Under the pieces are notes generated by a model. That model searched no databases, had not been told where the DNA came from, and was given only the letters and a program-made list of their open reading frames with translations. A stretch of DNA of 48,487 nucleotides, from contig JAVBVJ010000035.1 in assembly GCA_031554355.1 (NCBI GenBank), positions 1 through 48,487 of the forward strand, written 5' to 3'. Positions 43,645 to 48,487 of this stretch are shown here, piece after piece (position 1 is the first letter of the stretch; every line of letters begins with the position of its first letter). Source of the stretch: Oscillospiraceae bacterium. Lineage in GTDB: Bacteria > Bacillota > Clostridia > Oscillospirales > Ruminococcaceae. The position numbers were made by a program, and so were the translations under genes.

Positions 43645-44070
43645 CTAGGCGAAGCGTTTGAGCTCGCGGTGGTTGCGGTTCAGGAAGTCGCGCAGCGTGG
43701 TGCCGAGATTGATCGTCTCGGGCGAGGAGGCGGGCCCGTACCGTTCGATCGCGCCGTCGATCTCGCGCAGTCCCTTCACGGTGCTGTCGACGAGCAGTTG
43801 GGCGATGTTCTGGGTGCTCTTGTCGGTCAGGGTGTTGATCCCGACCGAGACCGAGTCGATCACCCGGGCGACGACGGCGTTCTGGCTGATCTCGCCGCTC
43901 GCGCGCAGCAAGGTGTCCGCGGACATCAAAAAGCGGTTGTACTCGTCGAACTGCACCTGCACGACAGCGCGCAGATCGTTGTTCTTCACCAGCGGGAGGG
44001 TGGTCTCCATCATATTCTTGCCAAGCTCCGCGTTTTTCCGGATGGCGCTGAGCAGCGGTTGTCCGTTCAT
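43645..44070 (-). CDS. Hypothetical helical protein (141 aa)
   Basis: ATG at 44068-44070 with AAGGAGAG RBS (MNGQPLLSAIRKNAELG...). Predicted all-helical, no TM segment, no family recognised. Confidence 0.5.
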   Translation of the reverse strand: MNGQPLLSAIRKNAELGKNMMETTLPLVKNNDLRAVVQVQFDEYNRFLMSADTLLRASGEISQNAVVARVIDSVSVGINTLTDKSTQNIAQLLVDSTVKGLREIDGAIERYGPASSPETINLGTTLRDFLNRNHRELKRFA

Positions 44071-44180
44071 GGTTTCTCTCCTTGTAATCAAAATTCAAGC
44101 GTAGTATTGCCTAAATTACTTTGTAAAATACAAGCGCATATGGTATAATCAAAAAGATTTCGATTAAGTGAGGTTTTGAA

Positions 44181-45914
44181 ATGAAAGGGAAGTTTTCAGA
44201 ACAGGTTTACGAGCGGATCATTCTCGATCCGGTACCGGCGGAACTGCTGAACGCGGTCGAGGCGATCCGCAATGCGACGAACGCGCAGACGGTGTTGGAC
44301 AACTATAAAATCTTCGACGCTTTTCAGGGTCACCTGATGACGATGCAGCAGCTCTGCGACGTCCGCTACACCGTCAACACCGCCGACGCGTACTACACCG
44401 CAGAGCGCGATTACTACGACGAGAAACTGCCCGCGGTCATGGCGGTTTTTGCCCAGCTTGCCGACATCATCGCGCAGTCGCCGTTCCGCGCGGATCTCGC
44501 CGCGGTGATCGGCGATGTCGCCATCCGCAACATGGAGATGCAGGCCAAGGCCGTGTCGCCCGAGATCATCGCCGAGCTGCAGCGCGAAAACGCCCTGTGC
44601 AGCGAGTATCAGGCGCTGACCGCGTCCGCCCGCATCGAGTTCGACGGAAAGACGCTGACACTGCCGCAGCTGGGCCCCTACATGATCTCGAAGAACCGCG
44701 CCGTCCGCGAGGCCGCCGCCCGCGCGCAAGGGCAGTACTTTGCCGACAACGCCGAGACGCTCGACCGCATCTATGACGAGATGGTCAAGCTGCGCGCGGG
44801 AATGGCGAAGAAGCTGGGCTTCAACAATTTTGTCGAGATGGCGTACTGCCGCAGAACCCGCAACTGTTACGGCCCCGACGAGGTCGCGGAGTTCCGCCGT
44901 CAGGTCGTACAGGACGTCGTGCCCGGCGTCACGGAACTGCTCGAGATGCAGTACCGGCGCACCGGCGTCGACCAGCCCAAGTGGTGGGACCGCGCGTTCA
45001 ACTTTAAAAGCGGAAACCCCGCGCCGAAGGACAGCCCCGAGGTCATCTTCGAGAACGGCAAGAAGATGTACAACGAGCTGTCGCCCGAGACCGGCGAATT
45101 CATGAATTACATGCTGGAGCACGAGCTGTTCGATGTGCTGTCCAAAGAGAACAAGGCGAACGGGGGCTACTGCACGACCATGCCCGACTTCCAGTCGCCG
45201 TTCGTGTTCGCGAACTTCAACGGAACACAGGGCGACATCGAGGTGCTGACCCACGAGTGCGGCCACGCCTTCGAGAGCTACGTCGCCTGCCGGAAATACG
45301 ACTACCTCGCTCAGATGGAGTACACCTACGAAATCGCCGAGATCCACTCGATGTCGATGGAGATCTTCACCTATCCGTGGATGCCACTGTTCTTCAAGGA
45401 GGACACGGAGAAGTTCTACTACTCGCATCTATCCGGCAATCTGGAGTTCTGGCCCTACGGCTGCCTCGTCGACCACTTCCAGCATTCCATCTACGAGAAC
45501 CCCGACTGGACGCCGAAACAGCGCAACGCCGAGTGGCTGCGCCTTGAAAAAATCTACCGCCCCGACGTCGAGTTCGGCGACCTGCAGCACTACAAGGACG
45601 GCGGCATGTGGCAGCGCCAGCTGCACATCTATCTTGATCCGTTCTACTACATCGACTACTGTCTGGCCCAGTACGTCGCGCTCGCGTTCTGGAACAAGAT
45701 CAACGCCGACCGCGACGGCGCGTGGGCGGACTACATGGACATCATCAACAAGGCCGGCACGCGCGACTATGTGACGCTGCTGAACGAGGCCAACGTCCCG
45801 TCGCCGTTCGAAGAAGGAACGCTGCGGGATCTGAGCGAAAAGGTTCTGGGATATCTGAAATCCATCGAGAGCGCAGTCAGCGCACAGGATGCCGCCGCGG
45901 CAAAGGAGGCCTAA
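44181..45914 (+). CDS. pepF: M3-family oligoendopeptidase F
   Basis: 577 aa with the zinc motif HECGHAFE (HExxH) in an M3B-like context. Confidence 0.85.
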   Translation: MKGKFSEQVYERIILDPVPAELLNAVEAIRNATNAQTVLDNYKIFDAFQGHLMTMQQLCDVRYTVNTADAYYTAERDYYDEKLPAVMAVFAQLADIIAQSPFRADLAAVIGDVAIRNMEMQAKAVSPEIIAELQRENALCSEYQALTASARIEFDGKTLTLPQLGPYMISKNRAVREAAARAQGQYFADNAETLDRIYDEMVKLRAGMAKKLGFNNFVEMAYCRRTRNCYGPDEVAEFRRQVVQDVVPGVTELLEMQYRRTGVDQPKWWDRAFNFKSGNPAPKDSPEVIFENGKKMYNELSPETGEFMNYMLEHELFDVLSKENKANGGYCTTMPDFQSPFVFANFNGTQGDIEVLTHECGHAFESYVACRKYDYLAQMEYTYEIAEIHSMSMEIFTYPWMPLFFKEDTEKFYYSHLSGNLEFWPYGCLVDHFQHSIYENPDWTPKQRNAEWLRLEKIYRPDVEFGDLQHYKDGGMWQRQLHIYLDPFYYIDYCLAQYVALAFWNKINADRDGAWADYMDIINKAGTRDYVTLLNEANVPSPFEEGTLRDLSEKVLGYLKSIESAVSAQDAAAAKEA

Positions 45915-45915
45915 T

Positions 45916-47148
45916 TTGGCACACAAGAACATCATCGTAGGGCAGTCCGGCGGACCGACCTCGGTCATCAACGCCAGTCTTGCGGGCGTTTTTCGCGCCG
46001 CGCGGGATCTGGGCTGCGACAAAATCTACGGTATGCGCAACGGCATCGAGGGCCTGCTCAACGAGCGCTATATTGATCTGTACGACTACATCCACAACGA
46101 CGTCGACATCGAGCTGCTGAAACGCACGCCGTCGGCGTATCTCGGTTCCTGCCGCTTCAAGCTGCCCTCGCTGGAGAAGGACGAGGACATCTACAAAAAG
46201 CTGTTCAAGACGCTGAACAGTCTGAAAGTGGACTATTTCTTCTACATCGGCGGCAACGACTCGATGGACACGACGGCGCAGCTCGCGCAGTACGCCGAGC
46301 GCATCAACAGCGACATCCGGTTCATCGGCGTGCCCAAGACCATCGACAACGATCTCGTCATCACCGACCACACGCCGGGTTACGGCAGCGCGGCGAAATA
46401 CGTCGCGACTTCGGTCAAGGAGCTCATCCGCGACGCGACGGTCAACGACATGGACGTCGTGACCATCATCGAGGTCATGGGGCGGGATGCCGGCTGGCTG
46501 ACGGCGGCGTCGGCGCTGGCGACCGGGCCCGACTGTAACGGACCCGACTTGGTATACCTGCCGGAACTGACCTTTGATATCGACCACTACATCGAATGCG
46601 TCGCCGAGATCCAAAAGCGGAACCGCAGCGTCTTTGTCGCGGTATCCGAGGGCGTGCGGACGAACGACGGCCGCTACGTCTGCGAGTACACCCACAGCGC
46701 CGGCAGAACCACCGACGCGTTCGGCCACAAGCAGCTGACCGGCACGGCGTCGGTATTGGCCGACGTCACCAACACGCGGCTGGGCTGCAAGGTTCGCGCG
46801 ATCGAGTTTTCGTCGCTGCAGCGCTGCTCCGCGCATCTCCAGTCCCGCACCGACCTCGAGGAGGCGTTCCATGTCGGTGTCGCCGCGGTGCGCGCCGCCG
46901 ACATCGGCGAGACCGCGAAGATGGTCGTCATCGAGCGCGTCGACGAGGACCCCTACCAGAGCAGAATGGGGCTGGCCGACGTCGTGTTTATCGCGAACCA
47001 AAAGAAAGACGTTCCCCGGCTTTGGATCAACGAGGACGGCAACCACGTCACCAAAGAGTTCTTCAACTACGCGCGCCCGCTGATCGTCGGCGAGGTTGCG
47101 CCGATCATTGTGGACGGGCTGCCGAGACACATCAATTACATTCGTTAG
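45916..47148 (+). CDS. 6-phosphofructokinase family protein (probably the PPi-dependent type)
   Basis: TTG start 6 nt after AAAGGAGG, directly after the pepF stop. IVGQSGGPTSVINA, IGGNDSMDT and PKTIDND motifs of PFK group members. Confidence 0.8.
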   Translation: MAHKNIIVGQSGGPTSVINASLAGVFRAARDLGCDKIYGMRNGIEGLLNERYIDLYDYIHNDVDIELLKRTPSAYLGSCRFKLPSLEKDEDIYKKLFKTLNSLKVDYFFYIGGNDSMDTTAQLAQYAERINSDIRFIGVPKTIDNDLVITDHTPGYGSAAKYVATSVKELIRDATVNDMDVVTIIEVMGRDAGWLTAASALATGPDCNGPDLVYLPELTFDIDHYIECVAEIQKRNRSVFVAVSEGVRTNDGRYVCEYTHSAGRTTDAFGHKQLTGTASVLADVTNTRLGCKVRAIEFSSLQRCSAHLQSRTDLEEAFHVGVAAVRAADIGETAKMVVIERVDEDPYQSRMGLADVVFIANQKKDVPRLWINEDGNHVTKEFFNYARPLIVGEVAPIIVDGLPRHINYIR

Positions 47149-47157
47149 AGGTGTTTG

Positions 47158-48330
47158 ATGAAGCAGGTTACACGAACCTGGGCGGAGATCGATCTCGACA
47201 ATCTGGTGTACAACTTCAAGCAGCTGAAAGCCCTGACGAGCAGCGGCGTGTTGATGATGCCGGTTGTCAAGGCGGACGCCTACGGGCACGGCGAGCGTCC
47301 TGTGGCGCTGACGCTCCAGCAGAGCGGATGTGACTGGTTCGGCGTATCGAATATCATCGAGGCGCGCAACCTGCGGAAGTACGGCATCGTTAAGCCCATC
47401 CTGATATTGGGCTACACGCCGGCCGCGAGCGCGCGCGATCTGTTCGAACTGTCGCTGACCCAGACCATCTACAGCGAGGAGTACGCCGAGGCGCTGGCCG
47501 AACAGGCGCGGCAGGACAACGTCGTCGTCGACGTGCACATCAAACTGGACACCGGCATGAGCCGTCTTGGGTTCACCACCGGCAACACCGAGGATCTGGT
47601 CATCACGCTGGCGCGCATCTGCTACCTGCCCAACATCCGCGTGACCGGTATCTTCACCCATTTCGCGGCTGCCGACGACCTGACCGACGTGGGGCTGGCC
47701 CAGACGACACTGCAACACCGCCGTTTCGCGACGGTGCTGACCGAGATGACCCGGCGCGGGTTCCAGTTCAAGAACGTACACTGCGCCAACAGCGCCGCCG
47801 TCCTCAATTATCCGGAATACAATTACAGCATGGTGCGGCCCGGCATCTCGCTGTACGGCTTTACGCCGAACGGGAAACACAGCGACCGCATCTCGCTGAA
47901 GCCGGTCATGACGCTCAAAACCGTTGTGGCGCAGGTGAAGAACATCCGGGCGGGCGAGAAGATCAGCTACGGCGGAACCTTTACCGCCACCGGAGACATG
48001 ACGATTGCGACGCTGCCGATCGGGTACGCCGACGGGTTGCCGCGCATCCTTTCCAACCGCGGATATGCCTACGTCAACGACAAGGTGGTACCGATTATCG
48101 GGCGCGTCTGCATGGACTACACCATGATCGACGTGACGGGCCTGAGTCTGAGGATGGGCGATGAGGTCGCGCTGTTCGGCGACCACGTTCCGATTGGCGC
48201 CGACAACGTCGCCGGCATCGCCAACACGATCAACTACGAGATCGTCACCGAGATCGCGCGCCGCGTCGAGCGGGTCTACATCCAAAACGGCGCGATCGTC
48301 GACCGCGTCGACTACGCGATCGCGAAATAA
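47158..48330 (+). CDS. alr: Alanine racemase
   Basis: PLP-lysine motif VVKADAYGHG, end-to-end Alr-like sequence and a C-terminal NYEIVT. The start could be ATG 47158 or TTG 47155. Confidence 0.9.
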   Translation: MKQVTRTWAEIDLDNLVYNFKQLKALTSSGVLMMPVVKADAYGHGERPVALTLQQSGCDWFGVSNIIEARNLRKYGIVKPILILGYTPAASARDLFELSLTQTIYSEEYAEALAEQARQDNVVVDVHIKLDTGMSRLGFTTGNTEDLVITLARICYLPNIRVTGIFTHFAAADDLTDVGLAQTTLQHRRFATVLTEMTRRGFQFKNVHCANSAAVLNYPEYNYSMVRPGISLYGFTPNGKHSDRISLKPVMTLKTVVAQVKNIRAGEKISYGGTFTATGDMTIATLPIGYADGLPRILSNRGYAYVNDKVVPIIGRVCMDYTMIDVTGLSLRMGDEVALFGDHVPIGADNVAGIANTINYEIVTEIARRVERVYIQNGAIVDRVDYAIAK

Positions 48331-48345
48331 GACGGCGAAACCCTT

Positions 48346-48415
48346 GGAGGGGTACCGAAGCGGTCATAACGGGGCGGTCTTGAAAACCGCGTGGCGGAGA
48401 AACCAAAATAGCCAC
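48346..48415 (+). pseudogene. tRNA-Ser(UGA)-like 5' portion lacking a recognisable T arm and 3' acceptor strand
   Basis: GGAGGGG-TA-CCGA-AGCGGTCATA-ACGG-G-GCGGT-CTTGAAA-ACCGC folds as acceptor 5' strand, D arm and anticodon arm (anticodon TGA). A GTGGC...GCCAC arm with a 15-nt loop follows. No GGTTCGAATCC-type T arm or CCCCTCC strand occurs before the window ends. Confidence 0.45.
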
Positions 48416-48487
48416 CAAACCCGCTGAAACAGGGCGTTTGCGGGTTTCTGGAAATTCTCAAAATGCCCGATTTCTACGTTTATTCTA

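Noticed and set aside
44196-48285. - strand ORFs 44196-45428, 45429-46022 and 45877-48285 opposite pepF, pfk and alr
   Set aside because: Shadow ORFs in high-GC coding DNA with no motifs.
1-48487. CRISPR arrays, intact IS elements/transposases, toxin-antitoxin pairs or known anti-phage defence genes
   Set aside because: No regularly spaced short repeats, no transposase-like ORFs and no nuclease/helicase/ATPase defence-type proteins were found on either strand.

Overview
48.5-kb chromosomal segment that looks like a high-GC Firmicute. A Clostridia or Oscillospiraceae-like origin is an inference from gene content only: ECF-type FolT, class II NrdJ with a TSCPD/Zn-ribbon tail, a DUF4367 anti-sigma factor and a PadR-DUF1048 pair. 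I support about 46 protein-coding genes, one complete tRNA-Arg(ACG), one tRNA-Ser(UGA)-like fragment at the right edge, and several intrinsic terminators and sigma-A-type promoters. Most of the window is housekeeping: a folate operon (folD-folC-folT::5-FCL), nrdJ, trkAH, a cold-shock gene, hpf, an RNA methyltransferase, rbsK, pepF, a phosphofructokinase, alr and a biotin-dependent transcarboxylase-type cluster. The long Arg/Gly/Pro-rich ORFs in the track are antisense shadows typical of high-GC DNA, and I did not call them. Five things deserve a second look. (1) A decayed integrative element at about 34.7-37.5 kb is bracketed by ~77-bp imperfect direct repeats that duplicate the RBS and first codons of a membrane-protein gene. 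It carries a low-GC ECF-sigma/anti-sigma/secreted-protein cargo and a tyrosine-recombinase C-terminal stump, and it sits next to tRNA-Arg. (2) A GC-rich structured leader was apparently orphaned by that insertion. (3) A translationally coupled esterase / HxxxD-acyltransferase / Zn-ribbon membrane protein module lies behind a 380-bp AT-rich region full of ATACAA/ACAATA repeats. (4) FolT is fused to 5-formyl-THF cyclo-ligase. (5) gpx, ohrR and a radical-SAM gene form one overlapping unit. No CRISPR array, intact transposase or recognisable defence system is visible. All family assignments come from motif recognition by eye; no database search was run.
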